A stretch of 64,000 bases of DNA from Girardia tigrina (Eukaryota): positions 6,352-70,351 of the forward strand of contig MQRK01223826.1 in the NCBI GenBank assembly GCA_001938485.1, given 5' to 3'. Positions 52,501 to 64,000 of this stretch are shown here, one piece after another. A model generated the notes under the pieces. It was not told the DNA's origin. It saw nothing but the letters and a program-made list of their open reading frames with translations, and ran no database searches. Position 1 is the first letter of the stretch, and every line of letters starts with the position of its first letter. The translations under genes and the position numbers were made by a program.

Positions 52501-52990
52501 AAGAGTATTTGTAGAACAATAAGTAGTGTCAAAGTAGTCTCTGTCACATTCAAAGTTCAAAGTTTCCTCTCAAATAAATCGAAAACAGTAAGGTTCTTGA
52601 TCATTGGTTATGTTGTAAGGATAGAACCTCATCCATTTCAAAAGATGAGTTTTCTGTTCTACAAAAGGGATTTGATAAGCATTATGAACGACAGTTTTGT
52701 GAATCTCTACTAATAAGACACTACAACCCATCAATTAACATTTAGAATGGGCAATATAATGTATTTTAATACTTACAATTTTTAATTAAAATATTTTTGC
52801 CATTAGTACCTAATAATACTTTAATAAATTATAATATATTTTAAAAATTATTTCATTTAAACTTAATGTACCTTTTAAAATCATATTATTAAGAACAAAT
52901 AAAATATTATACTACTCAAATATTTAAATACTAAATTTCCGAATATTGATGATGATGTATGTATGTAAGCATCGAAACATGTACAATAAT
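49549..52990. mobile_element. Cluster of Penelope-like fragments in alternating orientation
   Basis: MIKGLVHRVWNFSS, VYKFKCNRCNATYFG, ANLVYKFDCHGCKNSYIGETNRHL; inverted pairs 49549-49605/49940-50000 and 50919-51200/51670-51945; one intact and three degenerate hammerheads. Confidence 0.85.
51901..51947 (+). ncRNA. Minimal type I hammerhead ribozyme (PLE-associated)
   Basis: ATTG-CTGACGA-T-GGAAA-ATGAG-TTTCC-GAAA-CATG-TA/CAAT; palindromic ACATGT stem-loop III; GUA cleavage triplet. Confidence 0.82.
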
Positions 52991-53898
52991 TATATAAAAA
53001 AGCTTTAATTAAATTATGTATACATATATAGATATATGAATATAATGATCAATTAATTTGAAATTCATAAATATTATTGTGTATGTGTTACTATTTATTT
53101 ATCTATTTCTAATTAAAAACCTTCATAAATCACATATAAAATAATTAGCATTGCTGTAGTCATGAGATTGAAATGAAAGTGTACAAAGAATCGCGAGACG
53201 CTGTCTCAATATTGATACACAATTAAATATTTGAAGGACAAACGAGTTTATATTTCGATAACTCTCTTTTGCTAGCATTCCCCAATCGATATAGTAGCTG
53301 AAGAGAGCTTTGATGAAAATATTCTGAAAGGAATGGATTGTCATTACTTGCGAGCAATATTTAACAGAATCCCCTCTCAAATCTCTGCTTTTCATTGATT
53401 ATCTTCTTCAAATTTGATTCGTTACGAATTATATTTACAATTTTTTGAGGAGAAAATTCAATTTTTTCTTGAAATTATGTGGATTTTAAAACAGTTGAAG
53501 GTAAATTTGGTTTTGTGTTTCATTTAGTTTCCAGGAAAAATTAGTTAAAAGAAAATTTTTATTTCTATTTTTTAACACCAAAAAAATAAAATATTACAAC
53601 ATAATCCTGTTGAGACTGCTTTCTTTGTATAAAGAAAAAATTTTATTATTATTATTTCATCTAATAATATCAATAAAATAAAATAATGATTGAATTAAAA
53701 ATTATTTAAAATTAGACTTCTCATATTTAAAGAATATTTTCTTATGAATATTTTACTAAAGCTTTGGAATTTATCGTGACTCGCCCATTTTAAAGAACGC
53801 TGACTTAGAAAATACTTTTATGTTTATTTAATCTATAAATATAATTTTGATTATTTGATTATTTCAAATGGTCTTTGTGTTATAAAATATTGTATTTG

Positions 53899-55266
53899 TG
53901 TTAAGAGCACCGACACAATTACTATGCACACATTTATTACTATTACATTTAGAGTGAGCATAACTCTCAGAAGTTCTTTCACCATTTCTTATTATTCTAA
54001 TTAGTGTAGTTTCTAATTTTTTATAATGATTATTCGAAATAATTTCCTAACATTTATTATTATTTTAACTTTAAAATATTTCATAAAAATATTAAAAAAT
54101 AATTAAACTAATTGAAAAATTATTCAAACGGCTAAAATGTCTTTAATTAAAACATTAAACATGCTTATATTAATTTTTGAAAAACATTAATTACATTAAA
54201 AATTACAATTTATTATTACTTTTTAAATTTCAATTTTATAGATTAATTTAATTTTCATTAATTTTACAAATGTAAATTCTGTTCGAATACAGGCATACCT
54301 CGATTAACGTTACCTCTTTTAGCGCTGTTTCGTTATAGCGCTCTTTTGATTTTATGAAAAAAAAATAATTTTAACTTCAAAATATTTTTAAAAGGTTTTC
54401 TTTTTCTAATTTCATAATAAAATTGTTACTATTTAGAATAGTTACTATTACAGAAATAATGGAAATAGCAAATGATATTGGATTTGAGGAAGTTGATGAG
54501 GGAAACATTCAATAACTAATTGAAAGTGATGACCATGGTATCTCCAATGAAGATCTGATAGCTAGTTTATCACAAATTCAGCCAGAAATTGCGGAGCCTA
54601 CGCTAGAAANNNNNNNNNNNNNNNNNNNNNNNNNNNNNNNNNNNNNNTTTGGAACATAATCTAGGGATAATCCAAAATGCCTTAGAAGATTTAAGTGAAA
54701 ATGATCCCAATTTTGAAAGGTCCTGCGCTATAAAACGAGGAGTAATGAACACTTTATCACCCTACATGGAAATTTAAAAGAAAAAAGAAAACTGTTTAAG
54801 CAAACAAGCTTACCCACATTTTTTAAAAAAAATAGTTAAATATGAATTTACGCCTTTATTTTGTGATATGTATTAATATATTTTTTTTGTTTTTATTGAA
54901 ATTGTTTTGTTATATTGAATTCTAATTTATTTTCTAATTTTTAAATGAAGTATAAATGAAATAAAAATTTTATTTCAAAATAAAAATACTATCTTTTTTT
55001 ATTTTTCACTTCAAAGTACCAAAAAAAATTGGTTAGGAACGTAACCCCATATTTTAGTGTAAATAGCACCTCTTTTAACGCTGTTTCTGTAAACGCTCAA
55101 TTTTCAGGAACGCAATATGAGCGCTAAACGAGGTATGCCTGTATATCAGTAATCGCAAATACAATAAAACACCAATTTTCCAATTGGGCGGAAGAATCGC
55201 AATTCCAATTTCAGCACACTCAAATAAACACACAACATCCATACACAATTTAAAATTTTCCTCACA
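53899..55266 (-). mobile_element. Solo-LTR-like element, same family, split by a Tigger derivative
   Basis: Plus-strand TGTTAAGAG ... TTCCTCACA; AGAGT-N7-ACTCT hairpin beside TTTATT; flanks ATTTG/ATTAA. Confidence 0.7.
54290..55141 (+). mobile_element. Tigger/pogo deletion derivative
   Basis: TA|CAGGCATACCTCG ... CGAGGTATGCCTG|TA; GFEEVDEGNIQ...DPNFERS...KQTSL C-terminal remnant. Confidence 0.85.
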
Positions 55267-55775
55267 ATTAAAATATAAATAAATAATTATCTCAAAGAAA
55301 ATGTGGTTTCATGTTATCTTTTATGAATCTCTTTACACAAAATACATTTGAATTATAAGATTTAAATATGCTTTGTAAAACGGGAGTTTCGTTAGGAAAC
55401 AATAATCAATAAAATAGGTTTATTTACATAATATAAAGAAAAATAGCAATTAATGAGTGAAAACATTTATACTTGACAAATTATTGAAAAGAACACGAAA
55501 TCATTTTATTTATTGTGAGTAGTTTTTGTCGACTAGTATTAATAAAAAATAATTTAATAGAATAGAATTAATTTAATAGAATAAACATAATTTATTTTAC
55601 AAAAAACTCTTTGATAAATATTGAAGACAATTTGAAGAGTTGTGACTCAATGAGACAAGAAAACAAACGAATCTCTTCTAATTCATAATCCAAACTAGAA
55701 AAATAAGCACGGCCAAAAGAGTCATTTATTGTTAAAATCTATTTTGTATTTAAAAGATTTTGTCGTTGGAAATTA

Positions 55776-55928
55776 CCCTAATTTCTTGCATATAACCCGC
55801 ACCAGTGTATAACCCGCACATTAAAAATATCAAAAATTTATATGAAAAGGATAACCCACATCCTCGAATTTTCGGGAAAACTTACTTTTTTTTCATATAA
55901 CCCGCGGGTTATACACAAGAAATTAGGG
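55776..55928. mobile_element. 153-bp pogo-type MITE
   Basis: TA|CCCTAATTTCTTGCATATAACCCGC ... GCGGGTTATACACAAGAAATTAGGG|TA; empty site in the paralog near 49276. Confidence 0.9.
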
Positions 55929-56749
55929 TAATCTTTTTGTGAGTTTAAATTTATCATAATAAAATCTATTTTTTCATATTAAAATAAGCATTTAATGTGC
56001 AGTAATAAAGAACAAGTTGTTGCTGGAGGACAACAAAATAAGTGAGCGTTTCATTATTTAGTTACAAAAACAGGACAGTAATTCCGAACGAGTTACCTCA
56101 AAAAAATATATTTTAATTTTTTAAACAAAAATATTTAATACATATAAAAAATAAAAGTAATTTCTACCATTTTGTTCTGCCCGATCCCCGAGTTGCCCAG
56201 AAAACCGGAGGGTGGCAGCAGTGACGCACTTGGAATAATTACGGAGCTCGGTATCGGTGTGCTGGGCCCCTTATATTTTAGATCTTTTGGTGGAAATTAT
56301 TTAGCGGTCACTGATATCGATCAGTTGTATCATCAAGTTTTTATTAGCTGAAAATTTTAATTTCAATTTGAAAGTTTCACAAAACGTTCCGTTTTTCAGT
56401 TTCATCAAAATAGGATTATGTATTTTTATTCGATTATATAAAGTCGATTCACTGAAATTATCCATAGATTTATCTATATTGACAATGAATTTTGAATAAT
56501 AAAACAATATAATAAGCGCAATGACAGCTCTCTTTTTTTAAAACCTTGATAAAATTCAAATAGAGGATGCTTTATTAATCGAGAGAGAATTATTCGAGAA
56601 AATCGTCTCAATAAATCAAACGCTCGAGCAAATATTAAATCAAAATGTTCAAACAAATTCAATCAAATAATATTTTAAGGTGTTCGATAAATAAAAAAAA
56701 TAAATCAAAGCATTTGATCGGCCAGCCAATCAGAGCGAGTATTTCACAA

Positions 56750-58203
56750 TATCAACCAATAAGCGTTACAACACCATCCTCGATCTTAGAAACCATCTGG
56801 TGTCTTTCCCACATCACGACCATTTCTTCTGGCAACTTCTACAACAACAGATGATACAGAAAACCGTTGCCTTGCTCGCCGATCTTACGCAAGTCTCACA
56901 AGCGCAATACGAGGCTCTCCAGCAGAAACAAAAACATGTACAGTTGTTTCACATCTTGATATATCTTTCTAAAATCGGTTACCTTTTTCATAATGGCCGT
57001 GTAATTCCGACTATCACTTCGGTAACGTTTTTCCAGTTTTTCCAACATTTCACGCTATGCTTCTCCGCCGAATCCGAAATTCCGCACAAACACTCGTGCT
57101 TAACCTTCCAAACATTCTTCCAATTATAGTTGCTTATCGACTTCAGGAAGGTTAACTTTCCCAACACATTCATCAAAGGTTTTACGCCATTTTCGGTACT
57201 CCATGATCTTCCCGTAGAATCGAGGCAGCTCAAGCCTCTTCAATCTGAACTTATTCAAATCACAATTTGAAGCCATCGTTGATTCTTTCGTCACCAGAGT
57301 TGAAGAACTGTTAATTTCCTTTTTTCTCTGATTTCCAAATATTTTCCAGAATTTGTTGTATTTCTCATTGATCTAGTCTTATTCTTTGGATAATTTGTTT
57401 GCTTCATCTTTATTTTTATTTTATTTTCTGATTGCTTCCTTCTTCCCACTGCGTTTCTGACTTTTCGTCCTTTATGCTATCTTTTTCACTCCCTCCTTGC
57501 AAACACAAGACGAAATGGAGTGTAGAGTCCTTCTGAATGTTATAATCACCCAAAGTTTTTCCGTTCTCGAGTTATTTCCCAGCGAAAACCAATTTCTGTT
57601 GATCAGGAGGAACACCTTCTTTATCCAAAACTTTTTCCTTGATATTTTCCATTGTTTCGCCTGACTCAACTTCTAAGACAAGTGTTTTACCGGTTAGCAC
57701 TCTAATAAAAATTTGAGATGTGACATAGGATTTAGTTTCGGAGTCGTGTTGATCGGTCGTTTGTTTGAATGAGATAACGGGGCCCATTTCCACGTTATCC
57801 ATCCAGAGAGCTATTTTGACGGACTCCTCTGATTTGAATTCGATGCAAGCGGAAATTGAGTCGACATTCCCATCGCATGAAAGACAATTACCGAAATTTT
57901 TGAATATATTCAACGCGCACTTGTCCTTATCATAAACCTTATCAATCACAACAGATTTACCGCGAAATTCTCCATTTCGATACGATCGATCGAATATCGT
58001 CACACACGAATCCCGAACGATCCAATTTCGTTTAATTTCAATCTCCGATCGATCTTCTCTGATTGTTTCGTTTATTTCTTTCGTACTATCTTTCACGTTT
58101 GATAATCTCATGCAATCCGATTGAAGCGCGATCAGTTTTGAGTCTTTCAATGCAATTTTTTTAACCTTTAATTTATTTTTTTTACATTTTTGCTATTTGG
58201 CAT
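56750..58203 (-). pseudogene. Decayed chimeric ORF: RRM-like + ubiquitin + BEL/Pao Gag (DUF1759-like)
   Basis: RRM-like IFKNFG...[15 protein letters not shown]. Ubiquitin at 57718-57491 (76 codons, one TAA, ends GG). After a 1-nt frameshift near 57420: RLKRLELPRFYGKIMEYRKWRKTFDECV...LPEVDK.L*LEECLEG*AR...LEKLEKRY...LL*KLPEEMVVMWE. Confidence 0.8.
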
Positions 58204-58692
58204 TTTTTATTTAATTATTTTTTATCTAATTTCAAATAAAAATTGCACAAATATAAAATAAAAATTCACCACTGAAAATACAAATCAAAAACCAATTCCA
58301 AACAATTCTATCACAATTAAAATTACCAAATCAATTCATTAATTATTCGAATTTAAATCGATTTGATTTTCAGTTTGCAATTTTAAATTGTTTTAACGTC
58401 TTTTCCGGTTTTCTTGGTTGTTGTCTCAAAGTTTCGATTAATTTTCGACTATTTCTTCCCATTCCTTCTTACAATGGACCTTTCGGATTTTTTTACCAGT
58501 AAATAGATCAATGATAAGCAATTCAAGCAAGGAATAAACATTCAAGGCGATAAAAAGGCAAATAAAAGAATGACTCAAAGTTTTCTGGAGATAAATTTGA
58601 CTTGATTGTCGTTTGGGCAAGAGAAGATGGATGCTTTGAATTATTAACCGTTTACCTCATATTACCGGCCGGAGCGGCCATGTCCACTTTTA

Positions 58693-58725
<33 letters not shown>

Positions 58726-59825
58726 NNNNNNNNNNNNNNNNNNNNNNNNNNNNNNNNNNNNNNNNNNNNNNNNNNATATATATATATATATATATCTTTT
58801 CCTAGAAATATAAGTAAAAAATTTAATTTTTAATGAAAAATATTATTATTGATATTTTTATTCAATTTAACTAATTTAAATATCATATAAATTGATACTG
58901 GCCTCTCAGGTCGGTAGGCGATGGATAACTGACAAAACAGTAGTATGGGGTTAACGGTTAAGAAAAATAAACCGTCACATGCACAATCATAATAAATTTC
59001 GAAACAATAATAATAATATTAATAATAGCAGTTGTAAAACAATTAAAATAAAAATATTAAGAAACATTAAAAAATTAATAAATGTTTCCTTCGTTTCCAT
59101 TTGAAATTTTATTGAAGCAGTGAAACTTCTTTTACTTTAAACGTATTCTTTAAAAATAAATAATATTAATAAAATAAATACAAACTAATATATCTAAAAT
59201 TAAAATAAATATTTGTATTGCAATTTTATATAAAAATAGAATCTTGCTTCAGTTACATTAGACACAAACAATCTCTTGTCCATTTGAAGAATTCTTAAAG
59301 ATTGAGGAGTACAAAAAGGATTCTTTAAAAAATGGCTCATGAAGTTCTAAAATAAAAAATTCGTTTATAATAATTTTATTCGGTATTTTCAATACTTCTT
59401 TTTTTACTCGAATAATTTAGAGAATTAATAATGTAAAAATGGAAATACTTTTATGTTGTTAAGATCAATAAAAAATTGTTTTTTATTTATTCCAGAGATC
59501 AGTGGACAGAAAGGATGAGCGACTTCCTGTTGCCGAAGAGGTACTCGTAGACGAAGCTGAGGAGATTCATTTCCAAAATCAGAATCGCTTTTCGACAATT
59601 AAATTGTTAGTGTCATAAAATATACAATTATTATTTTTGTATTTTTAGATGTTATATATATATACATTGTAAGGTAAAATCTATATAATAGGGATAAAAA
59701 CAAGACGACGCGTTTCGATATAATAAAAATCCCATCATCAGGTCAGAAAATGTACCAAGTAGGTACACTATATGGAAACTCTCAGAAAATAAATAAAATT
59801 TATCCAATAAATTATTGGATGAAAA

Positions 59826-60237
59826 TAACTTTATTTCACTTTTCCTTAAAATTAAGAAAAATTTACTAAATGCAATCAATCTCATTCTCGCAAACCAACT
59901 ATTGGCAGCTATCAATTGCCATTTGAGAAAATGATATGTTTTCTCTATCGTTCCGTACTTTACAAGGTAACGGAGACATATGATAAAGATGACAACTAAC
60001 AGCACACCAAAAGCTAATCTTTGAGATGAAACTTCTTACACTCAATACAATCAACTTAATTTTAACCTTCCCATCAAACTCATATGTCTACGTTACCTTG
60101 TAAAGTACGGAACGATATAGAAAACATATCGTTTTCTCAAATGGCAATTGATAGCTGCCAATGGTTGGTTTGCGAGAATGAGATTGATTGCATTTAGTGA
60201 ATTTTTCTTAATTTTAAGGAAAAGTGAAATAAAGTTA
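59826..60237. repeat. Long inverted repeat (158-bp arms, 96-bp spacer)
   Basis: 59826-59983 is the reverse complement of 60080-60237 with a few mismatches; the right arm runs into an N gap. Confidence 0.85.
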
Positions 60238-60319
60238 NNNNNNNNNNNNNNNNNNNNNNNNNNNNNNNNNNNNNNNNNNNNNNNNNNNNNNNNNNNNNNN
60301 NNNNNNNNNNNNNNNNNNN

Positions 60320-60362
<43 letters not shown>

Positions 60363-61627
60363 TTTTGTATGGGAAATAGTATCTCTGAAGTATAATTGTC
60401 AAATTATAATTAATTAGAATTAAAGTAGTTTCCATTCTATTTGTTTACGCTTTTTAAAATATAATAATCTTAAAAATATAAACAATAAATTTTGTAATTT
60501 TTTTCAGTGATAATTTTTTTTATAATAATTGATGGAGGAATCTCAGTCGAGAAGGTTATAAACTTTTGCAGTGAGAATAAATGCAGTAAAATATGAATCT
60601 CCTCCTAGCCATAACGACATGAAATATATATGTTTAAGATATAAATCAGCGAAGACTAATTTAAATGATCTTACGAGCCCCTTTAAAAAACCATCATAAT
60701 TCCACGGGTCACATTTGTTGGGGTTACTTTTGGTGAACTTTAAATTTTTGATATTTTTAAATTTTTGATATTTTTAAAAAATCATATTTATATTTTAGAT
60801 AAAGTAAAAATAATGTCGATTAATTAAAATGAAATAATTCTTTAAAATAAAAATTTAAGTTATAGATAATATATTTACTAATTAAAATAAATAACATTTT
60901 TTAAAAAATATATTTTTTATAGTAACATTTCTACTAATTAAATCGAAATAATTTTTGTAAAAATTATAGTTCACAGATAGCATATTACTAATTAAAATGA
61001 AATAAGTTTTTAAAAAATTTTGGAGTAATGATAATATTTTAATTAAATTTGGACAATTTTTTATAAAAATTAAGTTTTAAAAAATTCACAATGAAATATC
61101 ATCTTCGAAGTTAAAGAATATTGTAAAGAAGATTTTGATATATTTTGTAACACTATTTAAAATAAAATCCTAATACTTTTTAATGTATAAAACCAATATT
61201 AAGCAAAATAAATTTTAAAAAGAATGCAATTTTATTAAAAACAAATAAAAGATTTTTATTAAAAAATAATTTATCATCGAATGATTAAAAATCAAAAAAA
61301 ACTTTTAAAAATTGAATTTTTAGAAAATATTTTTAAATATCTAAATTTAGATTTCAATTAATAAACATTGTAAAAAATTAATAAATCAAAAAACAACATA
61401 TGATTTATACAAAATTGAATAAAATAACATATTTGTATATTTATCGATATTATTATTTATATTTAGAATTTTGAGATCTGGATTATGCAATTAAAATTTT
61501 GTTCCTCATAAATTTGTTTCAATAATGAAATTGTAATAGAAATAAAGTTTACAAAATTATGAATTCCAATTTTAATCACGAACCTAATAACATTAAAAAT
61601 TATATATTTTCATGTAGGATTTTAACG

Positions 61628-61672
<45 letters not shown>

Positions 61673-62289
61673 GAGTTAGAAATGAAACATAATGATTTAT
61701 TACTATTGTGTTTACTAATATTCTTACATATTAACATGAATAATATATTAATAATGATAATAAACGAATATTGTAAAGAAATATATACATATAATAAAAT
61801 AAAAAAATGAAATCATTAAAACATTTATTTTATTAATGCGATATTTGTTTCTCCATTCTTTTACTTAGATCTTGCAAATCGATTTCTATGTGGCTATTTG
61901 CAAATCATAATTGGTCTTGGATGTTAGCTTCTATTATGTTTGACCGTGTTTTGTGTTTAGTCATTTTCATTTTCAAACGATTTGAAGGTGTAAGTTAACC
62001 CCAAAGCGCTAACAACTTTTTATGCAAGATTTCTTAAATTCTAAATATATATTCACATGCGGCCCGTGGGCCCTGGATTTGTCATTCCTGATATAAACAA
62101 TACTTTGTAAAAAACAGATTGAACATGTAAGTAAATTTGAATAAAAAATTATTTAAACCATGTTTCATAAACCAACAATGACTTTACAAGTAGGCGCTCA
62201 TTTGGCTTTGGATGAATGACGTATTAGTTAATCCAAAGTTAAGCCAAACTGTATTTGTTCCATTCTATTTCCATTCTTTAAATTAACTC

Positions 62290-62340
<51 letters not shown>

Positions 62341-63241
62341 CCATGGAATTTAGAAACCTGTTTTTGAAGACCTTCTACTCAATCGATTTTCTTCAAACTT
62401 TGCACACTTACTCATTCTTTGTTTTATGATCCCAAAATGGGAATAAAACGGAAAATTCGGAGTTATCGAAAAATATTAATTGCAAGATATCTATTTATAA
62501 ATTATAAGTAGTTGATATTAATTTTAATGTTTTTTTAATTGAAATTTTTTAAATTTTAAAAACTTTGTTGGTAAAGTAGAGTTCTGTCTGCATAAAGAAT
62601 GGATATAAAAAAATTAATTTTTTGATTTACTAGTTCTCAATGTATTTTGTCCAGAGTGTTGTTTTACATAGAGGTGTCTCTCCCGATAATGGTAGTTGTT
62701 TATAGCATGTTTTAATATTGGGTTTTTTTAATAATAGGTACATCTTGCGGTCGGGAAGAAAAAATAAAAATTGATTTACCTGATTTTACAATATTGTTCT
62801 TTAAAAGGCAAAATTATTCGTGATGAGTGGTTTCCAATATTCTCTGTTTAGTGCTTATTATTTTCCCCATTTTATACTTTTAAATCTAACCATTTGTAGT
62901 CAATAACAGTCGTACAAGGTTTTTAAATTTATGATATTGAGAATCATTATATTTTTACTTTATTACTGTTGTATTTGGACATAATTTATTAACCCGTATT
63001 GGAATCGAACTGAAGAAGGAAATTAGACATAATTTCACAATTTTGTTTTAATACCAATTTCTGTTTTTTAAACAAATTTCCGAGGAACATAATTTTTTAT
63101 TCAGAAACCTTTATAAATAAATCTAGTGCAATATAAATGCGAATACGTTAAAAAATTTAAATTTTACTGTTAGGATTTCGCTGCCATAAAATTTTTAAAC
63201 TTTTATATTTAAAATTGTAAAAATTTTTAATTTTAAAACTA

Positions 63242-64000
63242 TTGGGTTAATGCATAAGTTCCCGCCGTTTTTTAAACATTTATTTTCAAAGAAATCAAAG
63301 AATTTTAACAACCAAAATAATGACTCAGTTAATTATATATTTAATGAAATCATAAAATTTTAACAGCAAAAATAATAACACTTCAATCAATTATGTACTC
63401 TCTTTCATTGTTCACTACTTCTTACCATCTTTCCACCAGTTTGTTGATTCCATTTCGCCAGAAATCCTTAGGTCGAGTCTCGAAGAAGTTGTTGAGTCAA
63501 TTCTCAAGATGATCCTGATTTTCGAAGCTAAGACCCCTCATTTCATTTGAAAGGCAGCAGAAGAAATGGTAATCCGTCAGGTCGACGTCTGGGGAATAGG
63601 GAGAATGTTAAAGGACCACCCAAACGAGCTCTTGGAGTGCCATCTTGACAGTTTTGCGGTGTTTGGTCGAGCATTGTCATGGAGAGGATCACCTGGCCTT
63701 GTCGATTCGGTCTTTTTTGTTGAATTGCCTCATTGACTCGATGCAATTGGTCTTTACAGAGATTCTTTCCAAGCATTTCCCAGTGGATTAGACCTTCTCA
63801 ATCCCACCATACGCAAATCATTGTCTTCATCGGGTTTAGATCTTTCTTCATCATGGGCTTAGACTAACCCACTCTTTCATTTGTTTTATATTCATTTAGA
63901 GACACCATTTCTCGTCTCCAGTGACGATTCTGTATAAGAAACTTTGCCTGTGTCCATGGGTTCCTTGGTATCGAGGGAGATTTTGAAAATGGAAAGCCGC
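63242..64000 (-). mobile_element. mariner element, 3' portion (continues past window end)
   Basis: TA|TTGGGTTAATGCATAAGTTCCCGCCG terminus; FLYRIVTGDEKW, MICVWWD, HDNARP and SPDVDLTDYHF-like motifs. Confidence 0.85.

Noticed and set aside
53123-53395. 90-aa ORF with an AT-rich leader, possible further cargo gene
   Set aside because: No recognisable homology or shared termini.

Overview
AT-rich, gap-containing metazoan genomic DNA (spliceosomal GT-AG introns, one only 55 nt; organism not identifiable from sequence alone). The only clearly intact host gene is an LDL-receptor-family gene on the minus strand. It has six recognisable exons (24018 to 399) encoding 7 LDLa repeats, 2 EGF repeats and the start of a YWTD propeller, and it continues off the left edge. 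Its introns and the ~40 kb to its right are a nested transposon graveyard: mariner, pogo/Tigger, hAT, MULE, piggyBac-like MITE, Helitron/HINE-like, RTE-type LINE, BEL/Pao, Penelope-like elements (PLEs) and solo-LTR-like elements. Most notable: (1) a decayed intronless chimera, RRM-like + 76-codon ubiquitin + BEL/Pao Gag (56750-58203), behind a PBS-like motif; (2) an intronless, internally deleted exportin-5 pseudogene inside an LDLR intron; (3) four intact-core minimal hammerhead ribozymes with covarying stem II, plus degenerate copies, at PLE 3' ends; (4) a ~400-460 bp TG...CA element family with a conserved hairpin before AATAAA; (5) an unknown 104-aa Trp-repeat ORF kept open in two inverted copies. 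All homology calls are by eye from recalled family motifs; no searches were run.
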